Below are positions 20,898 to 32,543 of a stretch of DNA of 64,000 bases, in pieces. This DNA is from an uncultured Nitrospinota bacterium (GTDB lineage Bacteria > Tectomicrobia > Entotheonellia > J063 > CAVPRW01), in NCBI GenBank assembly GCA_963707985.1, contig CAVPRW010000039.1:32001-96000 (forward strand), read 5' to 3'. The notes under the pieces were generated by a model, which had not been told where the DNA came from, ran no database searches, and saw only the letters and a list, made by a program, of their open reading frames with translations. Numbering within the stretch: the stretch's first letter is position 1; the number at the start of each line of letters is the position of its first letter. The translations under genes and the position numbers were made by a program.

Positions 20898-21881
20898 ATG
20901 ATGAGACAAATGTGTTGGGTTCCTCTTTGCGCACTTCTGCTCGCTCTTGGCGTTCCTGTCGATGCGCAGCAGCCGAAGAAAATCTCGCGAGTGGGGTATC
21001 TCGCGGCTGTTTCAGCTGCCGCAGACGCGCCTCGCCTGGAGGCATTTCGGCAAGGTCTGCGAGATCTCGGCTACATTGAGGGACAGAACCTTATCATTGA
21101 GTACCGTCATGAGGGCAGCGGTTTCGAGCGGCTTCCCGAGCTTGCGGCCGAGCTGGTTGGGCAAAAGCCCGACGTCCTTGTTGCCGTGACCACGAACGCG
21201 GCTCAAGCCGCAAAACAAGCGACTACGACGATCCCCCTCGTGTTCATGGGCGTGACGGACCCGGTGACGGCTGGACTGGTGGAAAGCCTGGCTCGGCCTG
21301 GGGGAAACACCACGGGGATTACTAACATGGCGGCGATTTTGACCGGCAAACGACTGGAGTTACTCAAAGAAACCATTCCCCAAGTGTCCCGCGTGGCGGT
21401 CCTGTGGGATCCACAATCTCCTGGCTCCGTGCCACAGTGGCAAGACAGTCAACTGCCGGCGCGGGAACTCGGTCTGCAACTGTATTCGATGGAGGTTAGT
21501 AGTGTCGATAAATATGAGGTAGCTTTCAAAGCAGCGGTTGAAGCGCGTAACACCGCTCTCTGGGTGACACTGAACCCTCTGGCCAATTCAAACCAAACAA
21601 AGATTGCAGACCTGGCCATCAATAATGGCTTGCCATCGATCTGCGCCCGCTCGGACTATTCAGAAAACGGTTGTATGATGGCCTACGGACCCGGCTACGG
21701 AATCGAGGGGAGGGACGGCGCCCGATATGTTGACAAAATCTTGAGAGGGACAAAGCCGGCCGACATTCCTGTGGAGCAACCGATGAAGTTTGAATTGGTC
21801 ATCAATCTGCAAACCGCGACAAAGCTTGGCCTGACCATTCCGCAGTCGGTGCTATTCCAGGCGGACAAAATCATTAAGTGA
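20898..21881 (+). CDS. ABC transporter substrate-binding protein (ABC_sub_bind family), orphan
   Basis: signal peptide, GLVESLARPGGNTTG, KPADIPVEQPMKFELVINL. Confidence 0.9.
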   Translation: MMRQMCWVPLCALLLALGVPVDAQQPKKISRVGYLAAVSAAADAPRLEAFRQGLRDLGYIEGQNLIIEYRHEGSGFERLPELAAELVGQKPDVLVAVTTNAAQAAKQATTTIPLVFMGVTDPVTAGLVESLARPGGNTTGITNMAAILTGKRLELLKETIPQVSRVAVLWDPQSPGSVPQWQDSQLPARELGLQLYSMEVSSVDKYEVAFKAAVEARNTALWVTLNPLANSNQTKIADLAINNGLPSICARSDYSENGCMMAYGPGYGIEGRDGARYVDKILRGTKPADIPVEQPMKFELVINLQTATKLGLTIPQSVLFQADKIIK

Positions 21882-22116
21882 GAGCGATCAGAGGAATCCG
21901 GCGCTGGCGGATGTCTCAGCCGAGTACGAGCAGGCGATGAGGTCGTTCCCGGTTCGGTGACACAGCGTCTTATTGCGTCTGATCACAGCGTCCCTGCATT
22001 TGTTGAGAGTGCCCGCGTATGATGATTCACAAAGGGCGTATTTGTCTAGCGTACAAAGTTTCTCCGATTGTTCGGGGAAGCCAAATTTTTCGGCGAATAC
22101 GCCTACAGCCCCCTGT

Positions 22117-23262
22117 TCATCCATCTTTAAGCTCCCGTATAGTGAAGGCTGGCACTGGCTTGACGAAGCCCTTGAGCGCCAGATCCCCAACGGGTTCAGC
22201 GCTAACGAGGGCTTCCACGGTGGCCCAGACCCGTTGGCTGATGAGGATTTGGCCGCCCTCGGCCTCCCCGCAGAGGCGGGCGGCGAGATTGGTCACGGTG
22301 CCGATGGCGGCGTACTCGAAACGCCCCTCAAAGCCGATCTTCCCTAGCGTGGCATAGCCTTGCGCAATCCCTACCCCAAAGTCGAGTTGATGACCGCGCG
22401 TGCGCCACGTTTCGGTCAATTTGCTGACCCGGTGCCGCATAGCGACTGCCATCCGCACGGCGCGCGCCGCGGGATCGGGGCAGGGGACGGGGTCATTAAA
22501 AAACACCATCAAACCGTCGCCAGCGAAGTGTTCCAAGGTTCCCTCAAAGCGAAAAATCAATTCCCCAAGTGACGTATGGTATTCCCGGAGAACCCCCATT
22601 ACCTCCTCGGGTTCGGTGGTCTCGGCGAAGGCGGTGAACCCTCGCAGATCACAGAAGACGACGGTCACCTCGCGCCGATGGCTCTCCAACAGGCGATCCT
22701 CACCCGCGGAGACGATGAGGTCGGCGACCTGTGGCGAAAAGAATCGCTTCAAGCGCCCGATACGCTCTAGCTCGGCTAATTGATCGCTAACTCGCTGTTC
22801 CAACGTGCGGTTCCACTCCGCCAATTGTAAGGATTGGGTCTCAAGCCGCGTGGCCTGTTCCTGCACGGTGTCATGGAGCGCTTTGATGCGCAGCATCGAT
22901 TGCACCCGAGCCACAAGGGCCGCCTGGTCGACCGGCTTGGTCAGGTACTCATCGGCCCCTGCCTCGAGACCAGCGACGATGTCTTTGCTATCCGCCTTGG
23001 CGGTGACCATGATGATCGGCATAAAGGGGAGCATCCCATCCGCTTTGAGCAGACGGCAGACCTCCATACCGTCCATCTTCGGCATCATGATGTCGAGCAG
23101 GATTAGGTCCGGCAGCTGCGCGCGCGCGGTGGCCAGTGCCTCCTCGCCATCCGTGGCTGTGAGGATTTCATAGCCATGCACTGCCAGCCGCGATTGGAGA
23201 ATGTCCACATTCATGGGTTGATCGTCCGTGATGAGGATCCGAGGTGGTGTTCTCATGGTCAT
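22117..23262 (-). CDS. response regulator fused to class III adenylate/guanylate cyclase
   Basis: REC domain (LLDIMMP) followed by VFCDLRGFT, GDG, GTVTNLAARL. Confidence 0.92.
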   Translation of the reverse strand: MTMRTPPRILITDDQPMNVDILQSRLAVHGYEILTATDGEEALATARAQLPDLILLDIMMPKMDGMEVCRLLKADGMLPFMPIIMVTAKADSKDIVAGLEAGADEYLTKPVDQAALVARVQSMLRIKALHDTVQEQATRLETQSLQLAEWNRTLEQRVSDQLAELERIGRLKRFFSPQVADLIVSAGEDRLLESHRREVTVVFCDLRGFTAFAETTEPEEVMGVLREYHTSLGELIFRFEGTLEHFAGDGLMVFFNDPVPCPDPAARAVRMAVAMRHRVSKLTETWRTRGHQLDFGVGIAQGYATLGKIGFEGRFEYAAIGTVTNLAARLCGEAEGGQILISQRVWATVEALVSAEPVGDLALKGFVKPVPAFTIRELKDG

Positions 23263-23287
23263 CTCCTCCCGGCAGTCTCGTGATGGG

Positions 23288-23653
23288 CTACGGCAGAAAT
23301 TCACGGATCTTGGCTAACAATGCTCGGGGGCTGAAAGGCTTGGAAACGTACGCGTCGCAGCCGGCTTCAAAGGCTTTCACGTCGTCGCCGCTCAGGGCGT
23401 AGGATGTGACCGCGATGAGCGGGATCTGCCGCAGCGCTGCATTGGCTTTGATGCGCCGCGTCGCCTCATAGCCGTCTATCCCCGGAAGCTGGATGTCCAT
23501 CAAGATTAAATCGGGGGCCCGCGTTTCGGCCATCCTCACCCCCTCTTCCCCGGTGACGGCCTCGACGATCTCATAACCGACGCTGGTGAGGAGGTCGTGC
23601 ACAATGCGCCGATTATCCTCCTGGTCTTCTACCACCAGAATCCGCTTACTCAT
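23288..23653 (-). CDS. single-domain response regulator (DivK-like)
   Basis: VVEDQ, LMDIQLP, AVTSYA, SKP. Confidence 0.92.
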   Translation of the reverse strand: MSKRILVVEDQEDNRRIVHDLLTSVGYEIVEAVTGEEGVRMAETRAPDLILMDIQLPGIDGYEATRRIKANAALRQIPLIAVTSYALSGDDVKAFEAGCDAYVSKPFSPRALLAKIREFLP

Positions 23654-26630
23654 GAGATCCCCTTTGGCGGTCAATCCGCACTGGTAACGTAAACCAGAAC
23701 GTCGAGCCTGTCCTCAGACTCGACTCCACCCAGATGCGCCCGCCGTGCATCTCGATGATGCGCTTGGCAATGGACAGCCCGAGGCCGGTTCCACCCTTTT
23801 GTTTCGTGCTCGAGCTGTCGGCCTGTTGGAACTCTTCGAAAATCTTTCCTTGGTCCGCTTCGGAGATCCCGGCGCCGGTGTCCGATACGCCCACGAGGAA
23901 AGCGCCGTCCGCTGTGATGACGCGCAGCTTCACCTCACCAGCCTCGGTGAACTTGATGGCATTCCCCAGCAAGTTTAGCAGCACTTGAACGATGCGCCGC
24001 TCATCCCCCTTGGCGATGGGCAGGTCTGGACCCAACTCAACGCTTAATTTGAGATGTTTCTCAGCCGCGAGTGACTCCACGGAAGTCATGGCCGTGTATA
24101 CCACCTCCTTCATGGAATAATCATTGAGGGAGAGGGTTAGCTGACCAGCTTCGATCTTGGACAAATCCAGGACAGCGTTGATCAAGCTCAGGAGGTGCTG
24201 ACCGCTCCTCCGCACACGTTCCAGCACCTCGCGAATCTTGTCGGGCACCTCGCCGTAGATATCGTCTATGATCAGCTCGGTATAGCCCAGGATAGCATTC
24301 AGCGGCGTGCGCAGTTCGTGGCTCATATTGGCGAGGAACTGCGACTTATGCTTGCTGGCGATCTCCAGCTGATGGCCTTTTTCCTCGATTTCCCGGAAGA
24401 GCCGTGCGTTCTGGATCGCCAGCACGGACTGCGTGGCGAAGGTCTGGAGGAGGTTCATGACGTCTGTCGAAAAACTGCCGGATTGCAGGCGCCAAACCAC
24501 CAAGCCTCCCACGATCCGCTGCTCGATCAGGAGTGGCACAGCCAGCAGCGATCGATAGCCGGAATGCGCTAAAATGGGGCGAACTTTTGCGAAGACAAGC
24601 GCCCGTTCATCCAGAATGTCAGGCACCTGAATCGGCGCTCGGGTCGCCGCAGCCCGCCCAAGCGCGCCCTCACCAAGACGGATACGGGCTCCGAACCGAA
24701 GTGCCTCGAATAACTCGCTGTCCATGCCGTGAGAGGCCCTGAAATCAAACTCCTGTGTGCTCTCGTCGTATTCGTAAATGACCCCGCCGTTGGTGCCGGA
24801 GAGCTGCACGGCGCGGTCGACGATGGTGGTAAGGACCGTTTGCAGGTCCAGGCTCGAGCTGACGGCTTGGCTGACTTCCCCAAGGGCTCTCAACTCTTCT
24901 ACCGAGCGCGCCAGCTCGCGTGTGCGGGTTTGCAACTCCTGAAACAGGCGGACGTTCTCTATGGCGATGACCGCCTGATCGGCGAACGTCGTGACCAGCT
25001 CGATCTGCTTGTCGGTGAAGGGCTGGACTACGGTGCTCCGGATCACGATTACCCCAATAAGGGCGCCCTCTCTGAGCATGGGAACTCCCAGGATCGTTCG
25101 GCCTTCCCCCCACGTTTGGACTTCCAAGTCCTTCAATGCGTATTCAGGGTCAGCCAGGATGTCTGGGATGTGAATCACCCGGTGCTCAAGGGCCACCCGC
25201 CCGACGACAGTGCCTCGCCCCGGGCCGATTGGGGTTCGCTCAGAGAAATCCTTCAAGTCGGTGGGGACGTTGTAGGCGACCGCCAACCGGAACAGCTCAC
25301 CGTCCAGCCGGAAGATGAATCCCTTGTCGGCACCGCACAGTCTCGTGGCATTCTCAATGAGCGATTCCAAAACGGGCTGCAGATCGAACGTTGAGCGACT
25401 GATGACCTTAAGGACTTCGCTGGTGGCCGTCTGCCGCTCAAGAGCCTCGCTTAGCTCATGCGTGCGCTCGTCGACCTTCTGCTCCAGGTTAGCGTACGAT
25501 TCCTGAAGCTGAGCCGTCATGCGATTGAACTCCTCGGCCAGAGCTTGCAACTCGTCTCCCGTTTTGATCTCCAGACGATGATCGAGATCGCCAGCGCCAA
25601 TGCGGGCTGCACCCTGGCGCAGCATCTCCACGGGATGTACTACCCGTCGCCCGATGAGCAGGCTTGCCACGATGGCCATACCAAGGCCGAGCAGGAAGAG
25701 AATGGAAGTTCTGAGGATGGAGGCATACAAGGGAGAGTATGCCTCAGCCGCTGGTCGCTCCACCAACACCGCCCACCCCAGGTCGGAGATGGGAGCAGAG
25801 GCCGAGAACACCTTCTGACCAGACAGATTGGGCTGTGCCATCGACGGGCCAGACCCACCGGCCAAGGCAGCCTGCACCTGAGGCAGATCTTTGACGCGTC
25901 GCTTTTGCAGGACCAAGCTGATGTCGGGATGAGCGATCAGATCGCCGCCACCGGACACCACATAGGTATACCCGGCCTTTCCTACCGTAATGCGTGCTAC
26001 GACCCCCCAGATGTATTTCAGATTGACCTCGGCGATCAGGACCCCGAGCACATCGCCAGCAAAGCGCTCGATGGGGACGGCAATGGTCATATAGGGCTCA
26101 GACTCTCTGACGAAATACACCTGCCCGAAATACGTTCGACCGCCGTGCGCCCCCATAAACGCCTCAACCATTGAACGATCGTGCAAATCTTCCGGCAACA
26201 ACATCCGTACGCGTGAGACTTTGAGTCGCTCGTGGCCGTCGGCATCCAGCGCTACCGCCTCGGTGATCGCTGGGGCCACTTTCAACAGCTTGATGAGCTC
26301 AAACCGGTAGGCCTCGGTCAGGCCAGCGGCGATGATCTCTTGCGCCTGAGTCGACGCCCGCAATGTCTTCTCGATATCCGCCACGAACTGCTGAATCTTG
26401 AAGGCTGCTCCCTGAGCCATCTCTCGCTGCAGCGCTCCAATGGCTTCAACGCTCTCACGGTAGCGGAAGAACAGCTCCACTACACTGCTGGTGAGCAGGC
26501 CTCCGCTGACCAGAATAAAGGCGATGACGAACGTCCGCCGCAGCAGGCGGCCACCGCCCTTGCTTCCAGGAACAACTAGACCTGCCTGCTTAGAGGCAGG
26601 CTCAGCAGAGATGGGTACATCGCCCATCAT
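23646..26630 (-). CDS. sensor histidine kinase (dCache-HAMP-2xGAF-HisKA-HATPase)
   Basis: two TM segments, HAMP ([11 protein letters not shown]), two GAF domains, [21 protein letters not shown]. Confidence 0.93.
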   Translation of the reverse strand: MMGDVPISAEPASKQAGLVVPGSKGGGRLLRRTFVIAFILVSGGLLTSSVVELFFRYRESVEAIGALQREMAQGAAFKIQQFVADIEKTLRASTQAQEIIAAGLTEAYRFELIKLLKVAPAITEAVALDADGHERLKVSRVRMLLPEDLHDRSMVEAFMGAHGGRTYFGQVYFVRESEPYMTIAVPIERFAGDVLGVLIAEVNLKYIWGVVARITVGKAGYTYVVSGGGDLIAHPDISLVLQKRRVKDLPQVQAALAGGSGPSMAQPNLSGQKVFSASAPISDLGWAVLVERPAAEAYSPLYASILRTSILFLLGLGMAIVASLLIGRRVVHPVEMLRQGAARIGAGDLDHRLEIKTGDELQALAEEFNRMTAQLQESYANLEQKVDERTHELSEALERQTATSEVLKVISRSTFDLQPVLESLIENATRLCGADKGFIFRLDGELFRLAVAYNVPTDLKDFSERTPIGPGRGTVVGRVALEHRVIHIPDILADPEYALKDLEVQTWGEGRTILGVPMLREGALIGVIVIRSTVVQPFTDKQIELVTTFADQAVIAIENVRLFQELQTRTRELARSVEELRALGEVSQAVSSSLDLQTVLTTIVDRAVQLSGTNGGVIYEYDESTQEFDFRASHGMDSELFEALRFGARIRLGEGALGRAAATRAPIQVPDILDERALVFAKVRPILAHSGYRSLLAVPLLIEQRIVGGLVVWRLQSGSFSTDVMNLLQTFATQSVLAIQNARLFREIEEKGHQLEIASKHKSQFLANMSHELRTPLNAILGYTELIIDDIYGEVPDKIREVLERVRRSGQHLLSLINAVLDLSKIEAGQLTLSLNDYSMKEVVYTAMTSVESLAAEKHLKLSVELGPDLPIAKGDERRIVQVLLNLLGNAIKFTEAGEVKLRVITADGAFLVGVSDTGAGISEADQGKIFEEFQQADSSSTKQKGGTGLGLSIAKRIIEMHGGRIWVESSLRTGSTFWFTLPVRIDRQRGSHE

Positions 26631-26656
26631 GCTTCCTCAGGTCCAACAGGACACAG

Positions 26657-27142
26657 GGTTGTGTTGCGAAAACTCCCAGGAGTGTGAGGAGCAGCTGCTG
26701 AGCGCTCGTGATGCGGCCACCCCAAACAGCTGGTTGATGACGCGGTTGTGGGCGAGGACCTCACGCTTGCTGACTCCTTCAAGTTGGCCTTTGTGGAGCC
26801 GATGCATGGCTTCATATGAGGTACGTTTCAGCCATGCGGTACGAATCGTTAGTCGCCCGTCGATGCGGCCGACACCGCTTATCCAGCTCCGGCGCATCGC
26901 GTTGGACCCAGCGAACCACCGTGGGATGATCCACCGACAGCCCCTATGCTCGCGCGAGTTCTTCCACATCCCGGTCACTCAAGGCCTAGCGCTGGTATCT
27001 GCAGACGCCGAGCAGAATAATTTCACCTTCAAAATGCCCCCATTGGACGGGAGATACGGTGTCCATAGGATATCTCCAGTGAGCCGAGCTCCGATCATAC
27101 AGATGCTTGTATCAGATCACTGGCTATTTTTGCAACACTACC
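26657..27142 (-). mobile_element. internally deleted IS6-family element (486 bp) with both terminal inverted repeats
   Basis: TIRs GGTTGTGTTGCGAAAA and (reverse complement) GGTAGTGTTGCAAAAA; remnants HFEGEII...VDHPTVVRWVQ and YEAMHRLHKGQ...NQLFGVAA. Confidence 0.8.
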
Positions 27143-27518
27143 GTCGAAACAACCCTTGACGGTGGTTTTCTTGGTACGAGAAACTCGGTCTCTTGCACCA
27201 GCAGCCGTGACAGTCTGCTGATACCCATCGAACAGTTTCGTCAGCGTCCGGTGGGTGGAACCCGTCGCAACGCCTGGTAGTATCCCAGATTTGTTGACAT
27301 GGGTTTTAGATCGGCGTGCGAATTCATCGCGATTCATGAAGCGATCACGGGCGAGATCATGTCTCATCATAGATTGCGCAACACCGAAGGACTAACATGT
27401 ACGCTCTCGCTAAATATGTCGATGCTTGGAATAGTCGGAACCCGATTCTTGAAACAGGAACGTTTCACCCTGGAACATTATCACCCAACGTGTGTTGGCT
27501 TCCTAAGGTGACTGCAAG

Positions 27519-27935
27519 ATGTGGATCGTCACAATCGCGCTCAGCCGTCCTTACACCTTTATCGTTCTGGCTCCGCTCATTCTCATCCTAAGTCCGGTGA
27601 TCATTTCACGGACCCCGACGGACATCTTCCCGAACATCAATATTCCGGTGATCGCCGTCGCCTGGCAGTTTACCGGCCTGAACCCGGAGGATATGGAAGG
27701 CCGGCTGGCAACAGGCTTCGAACGAATCCTCACGACCACGGTCGACAACATCGAACACATAGAATCAACCACCGTCAACGGTCAAGCGATCGTCAAGATT
27801 TTTCTACAGACGAATGCGAGCCTCGACACGGCCAACGCGCAGGTGACGGCTATAGCCCAGACCAGTCTGCGACAGCTGCCGCCCAGCACGTTTCCCCCCG
27901 TTAATCATCAACTACAGCGCCTCGAGCGTGCCGAT
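27519..27935 (+). pseudogene. RND efflux permease (AcrB/CzcA-like) 5' fragment
   Basis: MWIVTIALSRPYTF...DIFPNINIPV...TTVDNIEHIES; frameshift at the C-run near 27895, then truncated at the IS1 remnant. Confidence 0.8.
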
Positions 27936-28532
27936 TAACTGTCAGAAGACTTCATCCTGATGTGTGCCGAACCTATAGGCTCATACCACACCCGTTCCAT
28001 GATCCATGGCCTGCCAGAGCCATCGTTGTTCGGCTTTCTTCCCCACCAAACTCCACATTTCGTCGACTTCAGCTTCGTCCACTTGCTGGCTCTCAACGAT
28101 GATCGCACCTGGATCCCGGTGTTGAATTGCCGTGGACTTGACGTGCTGGAGCTGAGGCTCGTTTTGTGAACTCTTGCATGACGGTTGTGGGCCTGATGCG
28201 CAGGACACGTGCAATGTCGCGAATGCCACTGCCATTCAAGGTCATCTCGAGCATTGGCTGTTTGACTTCAGGCACGCGCCCATGGTGACTGTACTCGACC
28301 AGCAAGGTTTGGTATGAACAGCTGGGATTTGTGCAGCGGTACCGTGGTTTCCCGTGGGCCGTGATCCCATGGTTAATCACCGCGCTGGTCTGACAACAGG
28401 GACAATGAATCTGATGGCAGGCCACGGCGCTCTCCGTTACCTATCGTGATCGCGGTTTTCGCCGGATGACTGTGTCAGGACCTGCATCCTACCAGGATTG
28501 TTTTCGTAACACACCATAGTTGGAACACCACC
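27935..28532 (-). mobile_element. IS1-family remnant (insA plus partial insB)
   Basis: CPCC...RYRC...GIRDIARVL (InsA); EVDEMWS.VGKK.EQRWLW (InsB); TIR GGTGGTGTTCCAA at 28532. Confidence 0.82.
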
Positions 28533-28915
28533 GACGATTGCGCCACAGCTAGCCCGTCTTCGCGCACATGTGGCAACCCGGCCCGATTGGCATGTGGCTG
28601 AGGAACACATCTACCGGGACGATGGTGAACGTGGGGCCAAGCTGAATCGTCCGTGCCTGGATCGGCTGCGGAATCGTGCCGCCTTGGCCGCCTTTGAACG
28701 GGTCCTGCTCACGGCCCCCGATCGGCTGGCCCGCAACGATGTCCACCACATGCTCCTCATCCAGGAACTCGCGCAGCGGGGCTGTGGGGTCGAGTTCCTG
28801 GACCGGCCCATGCGTCAGGATCCGCACGATCAGCTCCGGCTCCAGATCCGTGGTGCCGTGGCCGAGTCTGAACGCGCCCTCATCACGGACCGGATGCGAC
28901 CTGGCCGACAGGCAC
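28533..28915 (+). pseudogene. large serine recombinase fragment, catalytic N-terminus lost at the IS1 end
   Basis: YRDDG..GAKLNRP.LDRL, PDRLAR, QIRGAVAE.ER. Confidence 0.75.
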
Positions 28916-29135
28916 AGTGGCCAACGGCTGCGCTGGTGCGTCTGTCGCTCGAACACCGTCCTGGGAGGATCGCTCCCCTCGCACCGCGCTGGGGCCGATC
29001 CAGCACCCTCCCAGTCAGGCCGCTTCCTCCCTCCCAGCCGCCTAGGCCATCCGCCGACATCCCCACGAAAACGCTTCTCAAGCGGCGCCAGCTGGATGAC
29101 CATTCCCGAGGACATGAGCGGGGGTGCCGTTCCAC

Positions 29136-29183
29136 AGCGTTGTTGTGGCGGCTACGCGCCACAACAACGCTTACTCGTTAGCC
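29136..29183 (+). repeat. 15-bp perfect hairpin followed by GTTAGCC (attC-like half site)
   Basis: AGCGTTGTTGTGGCG-GCTACG-CGCCACAACAACGCT, then TACTC-GTTAGCC. Confidence 0.5.
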
Positions 29184-29267
29184 GCCATTTTGATAGCCGA
29201 AATTGCAGAAATTATCTCGCGTTCTTGCGAGAGGTGGTTCGTTGTTGGAGGTTTGTAGGAGAACGGC

Positions 29268-29480
29268 ATGTATGCTGTTGAGTTTCAGGCGAAGGTCAAA
29301 GATGGAACCATTGAAATCCCTGAGGTGTATAGACATCGGTTCAAAGATCGCGTTCGGGTGATCCTCCTTGCTGAGGAAGAAAAGACCACGGTGGATCTCA
29401 TGGCCCAACTCCTGCAGCACCCCGTCAAAGTGGCCGGTTTCAGGCCGTTCGCCAGAGATGAGATGTATGAGTGTTCCTGA
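29268..29480 (+). CDS. small antitoxin-like protein
   Basis: MYAVEFQAKVKDGTIEIP...RDEMYE; AGGAG RBS; overlaps a PIN toxin start. Confidence 0.7.
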   Translation: MYAVEFQAKVKDGTIEIPEVYRHRFKDRVRVILLAEEEKTTVDLMAQLLQHPVKVAGFRPFARDEMYECS

Positions 29481-29595
29481 CAAGGCGCCGGCACGCTGTT
29501 TTGTGGACACCACTATCTGGCTTTATGCTTTCGTCGAGGCGGGATGATCACCGGAAATCGGCTCGTGCAAAGTCGCTGCTGGACGGCACGGACCC
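29467..29595 (+). pseudogene. PIN/VapC toxin 5' fragment
   Basis: CFVDTTIWLYAF PIN N-terminal motif, then frameshift and truncation. Confidence 0.65.
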
Positions 29596-29889
29596 ACCTT
29601 CGCCCTAGCCTGCGTAAGTGCGTGAAATTGCAAGAGTGATTACATGCCTACAGATGAGTAAGTGATTGAAATCATCAGAGCGATAGAGGAAGATCTTTCG
29701 AGATATTGCAGCAAAGAAACGGCTCACAGACTTCGCGGTCGCGAAGCAGATTACGGCTGGAAATGGCGGTGCCTATGCGGAGGCGTTCGTTCTGAAACCT
29801 GCACTCTGGGGGGTGGGAGTTGATCTCAAGGAGCTTCTCAAAGCATGGGAAGCAACACGCGTATAACAAGCGGCTGCAGTGCGACCGCA

Positions 29890-30056
29890 GTTGCGGTGGC
29901 GCAGCCAGCGGCCTCGGGGCACCTGGCAGCGGATGGACACTTGCGCGGAGACGTAGCTCCCTTACGCCACATCCTGCATCAGTATCCCGCGCCGCGCCTG
30001 CGCGTCATGACCCAAGGGACAAACCCAGTGCGGTCATCCCGCATGCGGGGATCTGT
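29890..30056 (+). mobile_element. group II intron 3' remnant (maturase C-terminus plus degenerate domain V)
   Basis: LRWRSQR...WQRM...LP / HILHQYP..RLRV followed by CCCAGTGCGGTCATCCCGCATGCGGGGATCTGT. Confidence 0.65.
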
Positions 30057-30292
30057 TAGGCAGCGCCGAGCATCGATGGGCTCTCGCCGGCAATGCCAGC
30101 GAAGCCACTGAAGCCTTCCAGCTCTTTACGCAAGAGCGTATTTTGCCGAGTTCCACCCAGATCGTGGAAAGCATTGCGTACTCATAGCATTTTTCATCCG
30201 AAGGCCCGAGACCTTTGCACAGGTAGTCACCAGCCCCAATAGCAGAACTTCGATCGCGCAGGCCATACTGGCAGGTGGGGTCAGTATAATCA

Positions 30293-30838
30293 CTACTGTC
30301 GTTTCATCGCCTCCTGTAGACATGCCTGCCATTCGGCCTCTCTCCCCAGCCCATGGAGATCCCGCCGAATCGCATTCTGCACCAGATTTGACGCATCCGA
30401 ACGGCTACTGGTGATCTGTAGTTCGGTCAGGTAGGCGACCTGGGCAGCTCTCCAGATGACATTCGCTCGGCCGTCGACCGGGCCATCATAGCGTCCGAGC
30501 CAGGCATAGGCCTGCTGATAGCAACGTCGCACGGGGTCCGGTTGGGCTTGTCTCGATTGGTTTCCATCGTCTGAAGGACGCATGTAGACCTTGGTGGTGA
30601 CGATATAGCCTCGGCTTTCCAGACAGTCTGCCTCTCGGTCAGCCCGGACGGCGTCCAGGTCGGCCAGCGGGTCCCAGGCATAATCCTGAGCCGCCCGAGC
30701 TGCGGTAGCGGCGCACTCAGCCCGATCCTTCTCTTGTTCAGCCGACGATTTGGTAGAAGGATCAGGGACGATAATCGACGCACAGCCACCAAGGATCATC
30801 AAGAAAATCAAAGCAATCACTGAGAGATGAACACGCAT
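30293..30838 (-). CDS. hypothetical lipoprotein
   Basis: lipobox LGGC; DRAEC...CLESRGY pattern; GRYDGPVDG resembles a peptidoglycan-binding-like motif. Confidence 0.65.
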   Translation of the reverse strand: MRVHLSVIALIFLMILGGCASIIVPDPSTKSSAEQEKDRAECAATAARAAQDYAWDPLADLDAVRADREADCLESRGYIVTTKVYMRPSDDGNQSRQAQPDPVRRCYQQAYAWLGRYDGPVDGRANVIWRAAQVAYLTELQITSSRSDASNLVQNAIRRDLHGLGREAEWQACLQEAMKRQ

Positions 30839-30999
30839 AGTGTGTCAATATCCTCTGGATTGTCGCGGGTGGCCCATCCCATCAACCAGTCCAAGTAGTC
30901 CAACAAGCTGGCCATACACGCGGTGGAAAGCACGGTAAATGGCTGCATGACGTCAGCGAGAGACGGGCCTATGGCAGAATTGGCCGGAGCCAGCTGTCG

Positions 31000-31596
31000 C
31001 TACCGCGTGCGGCTTTCCTGCAAGATGGCCAGGAGCACGTCGTCTTCGATGCGGAGCGCATGTTGATCCGCAATCCTCAGGAGGTCGGTCATCCCCTGCG
31101 TGACCACCGTTGAGGTGATATCCCGCAATACCCTACCCGTAGAGATTTGATAGCCAGCATGGACCAGATATTTAAGTCCCGGGTACGGCCACTCCAGGTT
31201 GACCATGTCTGCTAGCCCTGCCGTCGCCTCCTCGGCTCGCACCTCGATCCAGGTCTGCGCCCATCGCGACCAGCGCTGTAGCTCTGAGGAGGCGCTCGGC
31301 ACCTTGCCGAGGACGTGTAGGTAGCATAGCAATGCCAGTCGCAGTCGTTGCGCATCACTGATAGTCGGCGTAATGCCTTGCTGGATCGGGTCAGCCGTGA
31401 AGGTTCCCTTGATCAGCAGTCCCCCCTGCCATGCCGCTGTAGAGGGGATATCGGACACAGAGCCCTCGAATAGAGCCCCTCCTGGGACAGCTTCGAGGGC
31501 GCCAAAAACGACGGCGACCTCCGGCCTCTTATACACGGTTGCACCCTTGCGAGGGCGGCGTAAATTGCCTTTGACCGCGGCATAGCCCCGAATCAT
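31000..31596 (-). CDS. hypothetical protein
   Basis: AAGGAGG RBS before ATG 31596; about 198-aa open frame. Confidence 0.55.
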   Translation of the reverse strand: MIRGYAAVKGNLRRPRKGATVYKRPEVAVVFGALEAVPGGALFEGSVSDIPSTAAWQGGLLIKGTFTADPIQQGITPTISDAQRLRLALLCYLHVLGKVPSASSELQRWSRWAQTWIEVRAEEATAGLADMVNLEWPYPGLKYLVHAGYQISTGRVLRDITSTVVTQGMTDLLRIADQHALRIEDDVLLAILQESRTR

Positions 31597-31723
31597 CGGT
31601 AACCTCCTTTCATCTCTGGTACTGCGGCGATCACGAAGACGATGTGTAGGCCGGCTCAGTCCCGGATGGCATGCAGGCCTGTGTAGCGGTGGATGCGGTG
31701 ACGTGCCCACAGCAGACTCTCGG

Positions 31724-32400
31724 TCAGTGGATTCGTCCAACCCTTACACTATCGCCATCCACCGTCACAGGTTCACCATCCATGGTGTATCTGAGAATAT
31801 CGGGCATGTTGACCACCGCCGGCAAGCCATATGCACGCGCCACAATCGCGCCGTGCGACAGATAGCCACCGGTTTCCATCACCACGGCACTCGCCCGTAC
31901 AAATAACGGCGTCCACCCCGCATCCGTCGGCAGTGCCACGGGGATCTCCCCGACACCGAGCCGAGTCTCCTCATCAGGGTGGCGAATAGGGCCTACCACG
32001 GTAGTGACACGCCCTGACGACACGCCTATGCCGTGCCATACCTAACGGTCGGACATACATGTTGGCTCTTGGACCAATCCCAAACCAGCAGTGCCCTCCC
32101 CGTCGATGATCACATCAGGGGGAGTGAGGGGGATCCAGGCCCCGCATTGGGTGGCGTGACCGTGCGCCAATGTCCCTGCGCCCTGGCCATCCCACTGACC
32201 GGACACAAAGCCAAAAAGATCTACCTTGCTCAAGTGGAAAACCTATTTCGGTCGCTCTATATGCCCGCTCGCCACCAACCTGCACCCGAGTTCGAGTAGG
32301 AGACGACGAATCGGCCAGAGCGACGCTACCATACTTGATTTACCCGCTTCCTACAAGGCGAAGCCCTGCTGCACCTGCCCTACGAGCCCCCGCAGTATCG
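31724..32400 (-). pseudogene. PEP-utilising enzyme (PEP synthase/rifampin phosphotransferase-like) C-terminal remnant
   Basis: TDAGWTPLF...GGYLSHGAIVARAYGLPAVV...VTVDG; upstream RRLLLELGCRL fragment with stops. Confidence 0.7.
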
Positions 32401-32543
32401 GTTGGCCAGGTGGTAGCCCTAGCCACCACAGGTCATCACCCCGGCCTCATAGCCCTGCCGCCAATTCATGAAGAGTGCGGTTATGGCCATCCTCGGTGTC
32501 GCGGGTGTCGTGCCCCCGCCTCATCGTGCGCGCGGCACAGCCT

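Noticed and set aside
28915..29181. C-terminal extension of the serine recombinase ORF
   Set aside because: Similarity stops near 28915; the rest is read-through into unrelated sequence.
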